A stretch of DNA of 64,000 nucleotides, from the NCBI GenBank assembly GCA_963766885.1, contig CAVYBO010000002.1, positions 464,606 through 528,605 of the forward strand, written 5' to 3'. Source of the stretch: an uncultured bacterium (GTDB taxonomy: Bacteria; Patescibacteriota; Minisyncoccia; Phycocordibacterales; CAIRYW01). Within the stretch, counting starts at the first letter, position 1; each line of letters begins with the position of its first letter. The translations under genes were made by a program, and so were the position numbers. Positions 9,556 to 19,347 of the stretch are shown here, piece by piece. The notes below the pieces were generated by a model that was not told the DNA's origin, searched no databases, and saw nothing but the letters and a program-made list of their open reading frames with translations.

Positions 9556-10092
9556 TTATACTGATTTTTTGCCCTGCTTCCTATGAATAACTTCTTTGTC
9601 GTATCTAAAACCTTTGCCTTTGTATGGTTCTGGTTTTTTGTTGTCTCGCACGCGCGCTGCAAATCCCCCAACCAATTCTTTGTCTATTCCGGAAATTGTG
9701 ATTACACCTTTTTCGCTTTTTACTTCAAGACCGTCTGGAATTTTGATTGTTACCGGATGAGAAAATCCCAAAGCGCAGACCAACTCTTTGCCTTTGACTT
9801 CTGATTTGAATCCGACTCCTTCAAGAATTAGCTTTTTTTCAAAGCCTTTGGTTACGCCCTCAATCATATTCATCACGTGTGATGCGACAGTGCCAGAAAT
9901 AGCCGCGTTTTCAACTTGAAGCTCAGGAGAAAGCGTTACAGCGACTTTGCCATCTTTGATTTCAAGCATCACCCTTTTATCTATGTTTTTCTCAATCGAG
10001 CCTTTGCTGCCTTTTACAGAAATTTTGCCGGAAGCGTATAACATTTCTACACCCACTGGAATCTCAATTGGTTGTTTTGCAAGACGGGACAT
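9556..10092 (-). CDS. rplF: 50S ribosomal protein L6
   Basis: MSRLAKQPI, LGFSHPV, KPEPYKGKG. Confidence 0.97.
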   Translation of the reverse strand: MSRLAKQPIEIPVGVEMLYASGKISVKGSKGSIEKNIDKRVMLEIKDGKVAVTLSPELQVENAAISGTVASHVMNMIEGVTKGFEKKLILEGVGFKSEVKGKELVCALGFSHPVTIKIPDGLEVKSEKGVITISGIDKELVGGFAARVRDNKKPEPYKGKGFRYDKEVIHRKQGKKSV

Positions 10093-10098
10093 ATTTTA

Positions 10099-10491
10099 TT
10101 ACCAAACTTTAAACAATAGTTCTCCGCCGACTTTTTGCGCTTTGGCATCTTCGCCTGTCATCACGCCTTTTGAGGTTGAGACAAAAAGATATCCGTATCC
10201 GCTTTTGACTGACTTTATATCCTTGGCTCCGCCGTACATTCTCCTTGAAAGCTTGGAGATCAAATCTACTTCAGCAATTACCGGTCTTTCGTTTTCATAT
10301 TTGATTTCAACATCAATAGATTTCATTACTTTTTTGCCTTTTTTTGTGAAATTTCCGATTAAATCTTTTGAAGCCAAAACAGCAAGGATTGATTCTGTAA
10401 ATTTAGAATAGGGCACAGAAATAGTATGCTTGCGGGCCATGCCTGCGTTCTTGATTTTGATTATTAAATTGCCTACTTCGTTTTTTACCAT
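10099..10491 (-). CDS. rpsH: 30S ribosomal protein S8
   Basis: SKLSRRMY, STSKGVMT, GGELLFKVW; start moved to the ATG at 10491 overlapping the rpsN end. Confidence 0.95.
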   Translation of the reverse strand: MVKNEVGNLIIKIKNAGMARKHTISVPYSKFTESILAVLASKDLIGNFTKKGKKVMKSIDVEIKYENERPVIAEVDLISKLSRRMYGGAKDIKSVKSGYGYLFVSTSKGVMTGEDAKAQKVGGELLFKVW

Positions 10492-10670
10492 GATGATTTC
10501 TTGATTCCTGGGATTTTGCCCTGATTTGCCATCTCTCTGAAGCATATTCTGCAAACATCAAAATCGCGCATATATGAGCGCTTTCTGCCGCATCTGAAGC
10601 ATCTTCTCACAATTCTTGTTGAGAACTTTGGCTTCTTTTTTGATCTTGCAATTGTTGATGTTTTGGCCAT
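10485..10670 (-). CDS. rpsN: 30S ribosomal protein S14, zinc-binding type Z
   Basis: RCFRCGR...CRICFREMA..GKIPGIKKSSW, two CxxC motifs. Confidence 0.96.
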   Translation of the reverse strand: MAKTSTIARSKKKPKFSTRIVRRCFRCGRKRSYMRDFDVCRICFREMANQGKIPGIKKSSW

Positions 10671-10682
10671 ATATAAATAAAT

Positions 10683-10742
10683 TAGCTCCATCGGAGCGTG
10701 CGGTAAATACTATACAAAACAGGCTAAGATGTCAAATAAAAA
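10683..10742 (-). promoter_or_regulatory. Sigma70 promoter + GCAC-hairpin leader of rpsN (copy 1)
   Basis: TTGACA-N17-TAGTAT followed by CGCACGCTCC-GAT-GGAGCTA; 49/60 identical to 14861-14920. Confidence 0.75.
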
Positions 10743-10770
10743 GAGCCTAAAAATAACATTTAAATTCACT

Positions 10771-10799
10771 TTGACAAAAGTAGTAATTTATGTTAGTAT
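10771..10799 (+). promoter_or_regulatory. Sigma70 promoter (extended -10) of inserted orphan gene
   Basis: TTGACA (10771-10776), 17-nt spacer ending TGT, TAGTAT (10794-10799). Confidence 0.65.
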
Positions 10800-10859
10800 G
10801 TGCAAGGACCAGGATGAATCCTGCCGCTGTCCAGCAATACAGTTCAGCACTTGTTTTTT

Positions 10860-11090
10860 ATGAAAAAATACGATTTCCCCGTCTGGGGAACCCAAGGAGG
10901 TGGCCTTGTTCGCCTTGTCGGAGACAAATATATCTTCGTTGAAGCCCCAGAGGGCTTCCTCGACATCACAGTCGGATGCGAAATGCATCCGATGTGGGAT
11001 ATCATCCCCGCCAACCACCACGCACGCAATTTTGAAAACCCGTTCCCGGGGAATCAAATGGAAGACGCGTTCGCCAATGATTTCGAATGA
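10860..11090 (+). CDS. Orphan hypothetical protein inserted antisense in the spc operon (frame continues past TGA to 11135)
   Basis: ATG at 10860, own promoter and terminator, more GC-rich than flanking r-protein genes. Confidence 0.55.
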   Translation: MKKYDFPVWGTQGGGLVRLVGDKYIFVEAPEGFLDITVGCEMHPMWDIIPANHHARNFENPFPGNQMEDAFANDFE

Positions 11091-11193
11091 AAGGCATTCG
11101 AAGACTACATGGCGGAACATTATCCCGACTACTAAAGGTTTGTCCACGCCCTGAAATTCGTTGGAGTACAGAGGAAGCAGAGCCTCACAAACA

Positions 11194-11230
11194 ACCCCGA
11201 AAGCGTTCGCGCCTAGGGGTTTTGTCTTTT
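11194..11230 (+). terminator. Rho-independent terminator-like hairpin
   Basis: ACCCC...GGGGT stem followed by a T-rich tract. Confidence 0.5.
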
Positions 11231-11245
11231 ATATTTTTAAAACTT

Positions 11246-11788
11246 TTACTTAACCTTCGCAAAAGGAAATCCTAGAAGTTTGAGAAAATCTTCTGTTTCT
11301 TTTTTATTTTTTGAGGTAGTAACAATCGTCACTGCAAGGCCAAAAACATCTTTGACGTCTTCATCTGAAGTTTCTGGAAAGATTGTGTGCTCTTTTATGC
11401 CGATTGTCATATTGCCGATGTCGTCAATTGCCTTGGCGTTGAGGCCGCGGAAGTCCTTGGTTCTTGGAAGTGCAAGATTTACAAACTTATCCAAAAATGC
11501 AAACATCTTTTCTCCTCGTAGAGTCACCTGGTAGCCAATTTCATCTCCCTGGCGAACTTTGAAACTCGCAATAGATTTCTTGGCTGATCTTGGAGTTACC
11601 TTTTGGCCTGTGATTTGAGAAATTCTGTTGCCGATAAGCTCTTTCTTTTTCTTATCAACAACCTTTCCTGTTCCTGAACCAATCACAACTTTCACAAGCT
11701 TTGGCGCTTGCATAACGTTCTTGTAGCCAAAATTAGCTTTAAGGTGTTCAAATGATTTTTTCTGTTTTTCTTTGATGCTCTTTTCCAT
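11246..11788 (-). CDS. rplE: 50S ribosomal protein L5
   Basis: ITGQK, AKKSIASFKVR, VTLRG, LPRTKDFRG, IFPE. Confidence 0.97.
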   Translation of the reverse strand: MEKSIKEKQKKSFEHLKANFGYKNVMQAPKLVKVVIGSGTGKVVDKKKKELIGNRISQITGQKVTPRSAKKSIASFKVRQGDEIGYQVTLRGEKMFAFLDKFVNLALPRTKDFRGLNAKAIDDIGNMTIGIKEHTIFPETSDEDVKDVFGLAVTIVTTSKNKKETEDFLKLLGFPFAKVK

Positions 11789-11800
11789 TGTATTGAATAA

Positions 11801-12079
11801 TTATTTTGTTTTTGCTACTGGCTTTGCTTCTGTTTTAGCCTTGGATTTCTTTGCAGGTTTTGCGCTTGATTCAAGCTTAACGTTTGAAATGTGAATTCGC
11901 ATTGGCACATCGATAATCTGGCCTTTCTGATCGCTCTTCTTTGACTTCTGGTGTTTTTTGTGAACATTAATACCTGGAATCAAAACAAGATTCAGTTTTG
12001 GAAAAACTTTGGCAACTTTTCCTGTTTTGCCTTTGTCTTTGCCTGTGATCACTATTATGTTGTCTCCTTTTTTAATCAT
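11801..12079 (-). CDS. rplX: 50S ribosomal protein L24
   Basis: IKKGDNIIVITGKDKGKTG KOW motif, IHISNV. Confidence 0.96.
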   Translation of the reverse strand: MIKKGDNIIVITGKDKGKTGKVAKVFPKLNLVLIPGINVHKKHQKSKKSDQKGQIIDVPMRIHISNVKLESSAKPAKKSKAKTEAKPVAKTK

Positions 12080-12096
12080 TGTATTTAAATTTCTTT

Positions 12097-12468
12097 TTAT
12101 ACTATTTCTGGCGCGAGCGAAGCAATTTTTTGGAATCCCATTTCTGCAATTTCTCTTGGGATCGGACCAAAGATTCTTCCACCGATTGGATCCTTCTTGC
12201 CTTTTTCCAAAATCACCACTGCGTTTTCATCAAATCTTATATATGAACCGTCCTTTCTGCGAATTGCCTGCTTCTGTCGTACCACAACAGCTGTCAAAAC
12301 ATCTTTTTTCTTGATTGCCTTTCTTGGTTCAGCCTTTTGAACTGAAAGCACCACAAGCTCGCCGATTTCTGCATATCGCTTCTTGCTTGAGCCAAGCACT
12401 TTGAAAATTCTGCCGATCTTGGCTCCGGTGTTGTCTGCTATTTGAACTATGCTTCTTGGCTGGATCAT
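12097..12468 (-). CDS. rplN: 50S ribosomal protein L14
   Basis: MIQ..ADNTGAK, DGSYIRFDENAVV, RIFGP, SLAPEIV. Confidence 0.98.
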   Translation of the reverse strand: MIQPRSIVQIADNTGAKIGRIFKVLGSSKKRYAEIGELVVLSVQKAEPRKAIKKKDVLTAVVVRQKQAIRRKDGSYIRFDENAVVILEKGKKDPIGGRIFGPIPREIAEMGFQKIASLAPEIV

Positions 12469-12477
12469 ATTTTTGGA

Positions 12478-12738
12478 TTATGCGATTACTTTAAAAGTTT
12501 TTGTTTTTGAAATTGGCTTGCATTCCTGGATTGTAGCCTTGTCGCCGATTTTTTTGGTATTGCCTTTATCATCTGCTAAATATTTCTTGGTTCGGTTGAT
12601 ATATTTGTCGTATTTTGGAATTTTAACGTATCTTTTGACAATAACAGTGCAGGTGTCTTTCATTTTGTCAGATACAACAACACCTTCTAGGATTTTTCCC
12701 TTACTCTCAGTATTTTGTTTTTCGGTTTGCTTTTTCAT
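12478..12738 (-). CDS. rpsQ: 30S ribosomal protein S17
   Basis: GVVVSDKMKDT, IGD..I.ECKPISKTK. Confidence 0.96.
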   Translation of the reverse strand: MKKQTEKQNTESKGKILEGVVVSDKMKDTCTVIVKRYVKIPKYDKYINRTKKYLADDKGNTKKIGDKATIQECKPISKTKTFKVIA

Positions 12739-12746
12739 TTTTGCTT

Positions 12747-12944
12747 TTAATTATTTATCGCTTTCGGTTCATTTAAAACAGTCATCATTCTGGCAATGTC
12801 TTTTTTGATTGTTTTGTGAAGCTTTACATTTTTTTCACGGCTTCCTGCAGAACCAAAATGCAAACCCTTGAGCTTATCGTTATTTTCTTTAATAAGCTTT
12901 TCTATCTGCGCATTATTATTTTGTCTGATGTCTTTGGCTTTCAT
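12747..12944 (-). CDS. rpmC: 50S ribosomal protein L29
   Basis: MKAKDIR...IKKDIARMMTVLNE; lies between rplP and rpsQ. Confidence 0.9.
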   Translation of the reverse strand: MKAKDIRQNNNAQIEKLIKENNDKLKGLHFGSAGSREKNVKLHKTIKKDIARMMTVLNEPKAINN

Positions 12945-12958
12945 TTTTATCAAAATTC

Positions 12959-13378
12959 TTAGCTTCTTGCAAAAATCTTTGTTTTTAAAGGAAGCTTTGT
13001 TCCGGCTTTTCGAAGCGCTTCTTTGGCTTCTTTTTCTGTCATTCCGTCAATTTCAAACAATACTCTGCCTGGATAAACTTCAAAACAATATCCCTGTGGA
13101 TCGCCTTTTCCGTTTCCCATAGGCACTTCTGGCGGTTTTGCAGTATAAGGTCGGTCTGGGAAAATTCTAATCCACATTTTGCCTGTCTTGCCGATTGAAC
13201 GAGTCAAAACTTTTCTGGCTGCTTCAATCTGATTGGACTTTACTCTGGCGTACGAAGAAGCCTTCAATCCATGAGATCCAAAGGAGACATTCGTTCCTCT
13301 TGTTTCGGTTTTTGGCTTTGAGAAATTCCTTCTCATTGTCTGCCACTTTCTGTGTTTTACTTTTTTAGGGAATAACAT
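12959..13378 (-). CDS. rplP: 50S ribosomal protein L16
   Basis: QIEAAR, WIRIFPDRPYTAKP..VPMGNGKG. Confidence 0.97.
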   Translation of the reverse strand: MLFPKKVKHRKWQTMRRNFSKPKTETRGTNVSFGSHGLKASSYARVKSNQIEAARKVLTRSIGKTGKMWIRIFPDRPYTAKPPEVPMGNGKGDPQGYCFEVYPGRVLFEIDGMTEKEAKEALRKAGTKLPLKTKIFARS

Positions 13379-13400
13379 ATAAGTAAATTATTTTTCGAGC

Positions 13401-14057
13401 TTATTTTGCGAAGACTTCACCCTTGTAAATCCAGACCTTTATTCCCAAATCCCCTTGAGGAATGGTCGCTCGCTCTGTCGCGTAATCTATATCTGCTCTA
13501 AGTGTCTGAAGCGGGATTCTGCCCTTCTTCAATGATTCGCTTCTTGCCATATCCGCTCCGCCAAGTCGTCCTCCCAAATATATTTTTATTCCCTGCGCAT
13601 CGCGGTTTGCCATAACTTTGTCCACCGTCTGCTTCATGACTCTTCTGAACGGCATTCTTTTCTCCAAGCCTTCTTTGATCATAAGCGCTACGATTGCAGC
13701 ATTTGATTCCGGAGATTTGATTTCTTCAATATCAAGCTTTAATTCCTGGCCGGTAGTCAATTTTTTCTTTTGCAAGAAAGTCTGGATTTCTTTGCGGAGC
13801 TTTTCCGCGCCTTCACCACTTCTGCCAATGATAATTCCTGGGCGGCTTGTCTTGATGATAACCCGAAGGGTTCTTTCTCCCCTTTCAATTTCAATTGAGC
13901 TGACATACGAAGTCTTGAGTTTCTTTTCCAAATATTCCCTGAGCAAGATATCAGCCTTTAGAAAATCACGGAACTTGGAATTTACAGCAAACCATCGGCT
14001 TTTCCAGTCTCTGATAATACCAAGCCTATGGGCGTATGGATGAACGTTGTGTGACAT
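13401..14057 (-). CDS. rpsC: 30S ribosomal protein S3
   Basis: VHPYAHRLG..DWKSRW, RPGIIIGR, GRLGGADMAR, GRIPLQTLRADIDY. Confidence 0.97.
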   Translation of the reverse strand: MSHNVHPYAHRLGIIRDWKSRWFAVNSKFRDFLKADILLREYLEKKLKTSYVSSIEIERGERTLRVIIKTSRPGIIIGRSGEGAEKLRKEIQTFLQKKKLTTGQELKLDIEEIKSPESNAAIVALMIKEGLEKRMPFRRVMKQTVDKVMANRDAQGIKIYLGGRLGGADMARSESLKKGRIPLQTLRADIDYATERATIPQGDLGIKVWIYKGEVFAK

Positions 14058-14058
14058 A

Positions 14059-14475
14059 TTAATTTTTTATCTCTGTTTTTACTTCTTGTTTTATTTCTGA
14101 CATCTTCTCCTTTCTGGAAGCTTGCTTGGATCTTTTAACTTTGGGTTCTTTGATTCCAAGTTCTACTTTGATTATGCTGGTCTTTTTCTTGATTGGAGAA
14201 GCTGAACCTCTGGCTCTTGGCATAATTCTTTTGTAAACCATTCCTTTATCAACAGTCACAGTCTTTATATACAAACTGTCTTTTGACACTGTTGTAGAAT
14301 TGAGCGCGTTTGCAACAGCTGATTTAATCAACTTCAGAAGTTCAGGAGCAAATCTCTTGCCTGCAAAAATTAAAATATTTTCTGCGTTTTCAACAGATTT
14401 GCCTCTGACCAAATCAGCAACAAGTCGGACTTTCCTTGGAGACTGGCGATAATTTTTGAGTGTTGCTGTTGACAT
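14059..14475 (-). CDS. rplV: 50S ribosomal protein L22
   Basis: RQSPRKVRLVADLVRG, SAVANA, PRARG. Confidence 0.96.
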   Translation of the reverse strand: MSTATLKNYRQSPRKVRLVADLVRGKSVENAENILIFAGKRFAPELLKLIKSAVANALNSTTVSKDSLYIKTVTVDKGMVYKRIMPRARGSASPIKKKTSIIKVELGIKEPKVKRSKQASRKEKMSEIKQEVKTEIKN

Positions 14476-14504
14476 GATTTTGATTATTTCTTTTCTATTT
14501 CTTT

Positions 14505-14846
14505 CTATTTTTTGGTTTCAACTGTCGCCTTTGCAGATTTGGCGGCATTGAGTTCAGCATCCTTCTTGGCCTGATCCTGTTCTTTCTGCATCTTTCCTCC
14601 GTGTTTAACGAATTTTCTTGTGGCAGAAAATTCCCCAAGCCTATGACCTACCATGTCTTCAGTTACAAAAACTTCTATATGAGCTTTTCCGTTGTGAACA
14701 CCAAAGATAAAACCTACCATTTCAGGACTTATCTGGCTTGCGCGCGCCCATGTCTTAATAACCCCAGTTTCTGCAGGCTTTTTTCCGAAAACCTTCTTTA
14801 GAAGCTTTTCGTCAACATATGGACCTTTTTTTATTGAACGTGACAT
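14505..14846 (-). CDS. rpsS: 30S ribosomal protein S19
   Basis: [31 protein letters not shown]. Confidence 0.97.
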   Translation of the reverse strand: MSRSIKKGPYVDEKLLKKVFGKKPAETGVIKTWARASQISPEMVGFIFGVHNGKAHIEVFVTEDMVGHRLGEFSATRKFVKHGGKMQKEQDQAKKDAELNAAKSAKATVETKK

Positions 14847-14860
14847 ATAAAGAAAATAAA

Positions 14861-14920
14861 TAGCTCCAAAGGAGCGTGCGCTAAATACTATACAAAATAA
14901 AACGAAGTGTCAAATAAAAA
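14861..14920 (-). promoter_or_regulatory. Internal sigma70 promoter + GCAC-hairpin leader of rpsS (copy 2)
   Basis: TTGACA-N17-TAGTAT followed by CGCACGCTCC-TTT-GGAGCTA; near-identical to the rpsN upstream region. Confidence 0.75.
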
Positions 14921-14928
14921 CCAAGAAA

Positions 14929-15768
14929 CTATTTCTTGCCAACAATCCTCCTGGAAACAATAAACTTATTTGAGTATTTTTTGCTTCTTCTGGACTTTTG
15001 GCCTTTGCCTGTTGGCTTGCCGTATACTGACTTCGCGCGTCTTGTCCCTCTGCCTTGCCTGCCTTCACCTCCTCCGTATGGATGATCAACTGGATTCATT
15101 GCAGTACCGCGAACCGTTGGTCTGATTCCCTTATGCCTGCTTCTGCCCGCCTTACCAAAATTTCTCAAATGATGTTCGTCGTTTGAGACTTCTCCGACTG
15201 TTGCAAAGCAATTTTCGTCAATTTTTCGCACTTCCGACGATGGCATCTTTATAAGAGCCAGTCCAGCGTCGTGAGCGATAACTTCGGCGTAAATTCCCGC
15301 TGAACGGGCAAGCTTTGCGCCGCCATCTCTTTTGATTTCAATATTAAACACAAATGCTCCAACGGGAATATTCCTCAGCATCATTCTGTTTCCCGGCTTT
15401 ACATCCGCTTTATCTGAAACAATAAACGCGTCTCCTGGTTTCAAAGATTTTGGCACTAGCACATATCTTTTTTCTCCATCCCTGTAGATTGCAAGGCCGA
15501 TAAATCCTGAGCGATTCGGATCGTACTCAATGGATGCAAGCTTTGCGGGCACGTTTTTCTTGTTATAAAGAAAATCTACTTCGCGGAAAAGCCTCTTGTG
15601 TCCCCCTCCTTTGTGACGAGTGGTGATTCTACCTCTATTGTTTCTGCCAAACGAGCGCTTGAATCCGCTAGTCAAAGATTTTTCTGGTGTAGTTTCAGTC
15701 AAAAGATGCCTGAAAGAGACGTTTGACATCTGTCTGCGGGATTTTGTGTATGGTTTGTAGGATTTCAT
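14929..15768 (-). CDS. rplB: 50S ribosomal protein L2
   Basis: GRNNRGRITTRHKGGGHKR, IEYDPNRS, RPTVRGTAMNPVDHPYGGGEG. Confidence 0.98.
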   Translation of the reverse strand: MKSYKPYTKSRRQMSNVSFRHLLTETTPEKSLTSGFKRSFGRNNRGRITTRHKGGGHKRLFREVDFLYNKKNVPAKLASIEYDPNRSGFIGLAIYRDGEKRYVLVPKSLKPGDAFIVSDKADVKPGNRMMLRNIPVGAFVFNIEIKRDGGAKLARSAGIYAEVIAHDAGLALIKMPSSEVRKIDENCFATVGEVSNDEHHLRNFGKAGRSRHKGIRPTVRGTAMNPVDHPYGGGEGRQGRGTRRAKSVYGKPTGKGQKSRRSKKYSNKFIVSRRIVGKK

Positions 15769-15785
15769 TTTCTTATTTTAACTTT

Positions 15786-16067
15786 TTATGCCAAATCTAT
15801 TTTTTCTCCTTTTTTAAGGTAAACATAAGCCTTTTTAATCGCTGATTTCTTGCCGTTCTTTCCTCTAGTAAAAACTTTTTTTGCTGGAAGATTTATGATT
15901 GCGATTTTTTGAGGCGATACTTTGTACAAAAATTTGATCGATTGTTTGATTGACGTCTTGTTTGAATTTGCGGATACATGAAAAACATAAGCTCCGGCTT
16001 CCGCGCTAAAAGTTGCCTTTTCTGTGATTCTTGGACTCAGGATGATTTGTGATGGTTCCTTTTTCAT
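15786..16067 (-). CDS. rplW: 50S ribosomal protein L23
   Basis: PRITEKA, YVFHV, KKAYVYLKKG. Confidence 0.95.
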   Translation of the reverse strand: MKKEPSQIILSPRITEKATFSAEAGAYVFHVSANSNKTSIKQSIKFLYKVSPQKIAIINLPAKKVFTRGKNGKKSAIKKAYVYLKKGEKIDLA

Positions 16068-16073
16068 ATTTTT

Positions 16074-16745
16074 CTATTTCTTTTTGGACATTCTGTCTTC
16101 TAAGATTTTTATTGACTTCTCAGGGTTCTCTATCAAAATATATTTGAATTTAAGCGCTTCCACGGGATTGATATTTCTGGTTTCAAGCACTGAAACATTG
16201 CTGAAATTTTGGAAGCTTTTTTCCACAGCTGAATTTTTTTCTGACATGGCAATCAAGGCAGCATTTGTTTTTTTATTTATTTTTTCAAAACCTTTGATTT
16301 TTGAGAAGCTTGAAATGACTTCTTTGGCATCTTTTGTCTTTGGAGTATCGAATTTTATGTTTTCAACAAAAATTATTTCCCCATCGCGAAATTTTGAAGA
16401 AAGGATGGTGGCCAGGGCTTTGGATTTTTGCTTGAGGTTTACTTTTTTGAAATAACTTTTATCGTTTCTTGGTCCATGAGCAACACCTCCTCCAACCCAA
16501 ATTGGGCTGCGAGTGGATCCGTGTCTTGCGCGACCCGTGCCTTTTTGTTTCCATGGCTTTTTGCCTCCACCTGAAACTTCTCCGCGAGTCTTTGCATGAG
16601 CCACAGGAGTTCGCTTTGAAGCCATAAGCGATGTAATGACCTGATGCACAAGATCAGCATTCCAGTTTTGTTCAAAAACACTTTCTGGAAGAGTAATATC
16701 TCCTGCTTCTTTTCCTTTTGAATTGTATATTTTTGCTTTGGCCAT
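16074..16745 (-). CDS. rplD: 50S ribosomal protein L4
   Basis: KTRGEVSGGGKKPWKQKGTGRARHGS..SPIWVGGGVAHGP. Confidence 0.97.
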   Translation of the reverse strand: MAKAKIYNSKGKEAGDITLPESVFEQNWNADLVHQVITSLMASKRTPVAHAKTRGEVSGGGKKPWKQKGTGRARHGSTRSPIWVGGGVAHGPRNDKSYFKKVNLKQKSKALATILSSKFRDGEIIFVENIKFDTPKTKDAKEVISSFSKIKGFEKINKKTNAALIAMSEKNSAVEKSFQNFSNVSVLETRNINPVEALKFKYILIENPEKSIKILEDRMSKKK

Positions 16746-16759
16746 AAATTTTCTATTAT

Positions 16760-17380
16760 TTAGCCTTTTATCTCAAGAAGGGTCCCTTTTTTCCCTGGAA
16801 CCGCGCCTTTTATATAAAGCAAATTATTATCTTTATCAACTGCAACAATTTTAAGTCCTTTAACAGTAATTCTGACGCCCCCCATTCTGCCAGCCATTCG
16901 CATGCCTTTGGCAACTCTGCTTCCGTCTCTTCCTCCGCCTCCGATGGAACCTGGCTCTCTTTCGGAATGTTTCTGACCGTGACTTCGTGGCCCTCCTTTG
17001 AAGTTATGCCTTTTGACGACACCTTGAAATCCTTTACCTTTGGTAATTCCAGAAACCGTGATTTCATCGCCTTCAGCAAAAACTTCCGTGCCTGCGATTT
17101 GTTCCCCTTGAACTGGAATTTTTTCATTGTTTTCCAATCTAAATTCTCGAAGAGTGGCAAAATTGCCAAGCTCTTTCATGTGGCCCAGAACCGGTTTGGT
17201 GATATTTTTCTTTGATTTTTTGCCGAAGCCAAGCTGAACCGCAACATAGCCGTCACGCTCTGGAGTTTTGACTTGAACAACAAAAGAAGGAGTTGCTTCA
17301 ACCGCTGTCACAGGATGAACTCTTCCATCCTTGTCAAAAATTTCGGTCATATTCAGTTTTTTGGCTAATGCGAATTTCAT
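16760..17380 (-). CDS. rplC: 50S ribosomal protein L3
   Basis: DGYVAVQLG, KGKGFQGVVKRH, REPGSIG, GMRMAGRMG, KGAVPG. Confidence 0.97.
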   Translation of the reverse strand: MKFALAKKLNMTEIFDKDGRVHPVTAVEATPSFVVQVKTPERDGYVAVQLGFGKKSKKNITKPVLGHMKELGNFATLREFRLENNEKIPVQGEQIAGTEVFAEGDEITVSGITKGKGFQGVVKRHNFKGGPRSHGQKHSEREPGSIGGGGRDGSRVAKGMRMAGRMGGVRITVKGLKIVAVDKDNNLLYIKGAVPGKKGTLLEIKG

Positions 17381-17400
17381 ATCTTTTCTTTAATCTCTGC

Positions 17401-17754
17401 TTACATCATTTTTATATCAATATTCACTCCTGATGGAAGAGAAAGGTTTGACAGCGCTTCTATAACTTTGCCGTTTGGGTTTTCAATATCAACCAATCGC
17501 TTGTGAGTTCTCATTTCAAACTGTTCGCGAGCATTTTTATAAATGAACGCTGAGCGGTTGACTGTATATTTTCTAATTTCAGTTGGAAGCGGAATCGGAC
17601 CAAGCACGCTTGCATCGTAGCGAAGCGCCGTATCCATAATCTGCCTGACAGATGCGTCAAGAATTTTATGGTCATAGGCTCTGACTCTGATGCGAAGCTT
17701 TGATCCAGTTTCCGGAGTTTTTTTATCGGTTTTAGTTGTTTTTTTTGTAGCCAT
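17401..17754 (-). CDS. rpsJ: 30S ribosomal protein S10
   Basis: [27 protein letters not shown]. Confidence 0.97.
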   Translation of the reverse strand: MATKKTTKTDKKTPETGSKLRIRVRAYDHKILDASVRQIMDTALRYDASVLGPIPLPTEIRKYTVNRSAFIYKNAREQFEMRTHKRLVDIENPNGKVIEALSNLSLPSGVNIDIKMM

Positions 17755-17802
17755 TTTGTTATTGAGAGTAAAAAACTCTCTGCCAGCTCTTTGAGCGAGG
17801 AC

Positions 17803-18997
<1,195 letters not shown>

Positions 18998-18999
18998 GT

Positions 19000-19223
19000 T
19001 ATTTTATAGTTAATTTTTAATAATTTCGAACTGATTATCAGTCAGTCCTAGTCCTAATTCTCCTCTGAAATGAGCGCGAAGATCATTTCAGAAGTAACTT
19101 AGAACTTTTTTCGCTTTATTGCGAAAAACCTATTTTTTAAGCAATTTGTCCGGATTTTTGAATAAACAAAAAAGCGCACATTGCGTAGCGGACATAGTAT
19201 CAAAAGCATAAATTTGTGTCAAA
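19000..19223 (-). promoter_or_regulatory. tuf/S10 operon promoter and structured ~190-nt leader
   Basis: TTGACA-N17-TACTAT, then hairpins TGTCCG..CGGACA, TTTTCGC..GCGAAAA, TCTGAAATGA..TCATTTCAGA, ACTGAT..ATCAGT. Confidence 0.55.
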
Positions 19224-19347
19224 TTTATTTAATAATAATTGACTTTCCCAGTTTTACTCTTAATATTCAATAAAAATCCCTGGGGTAAATAAACCTGCCA
19301 TTATTGGGATCGTTCATTTACATCAGGAAAACAATAGAAAGAACCAA

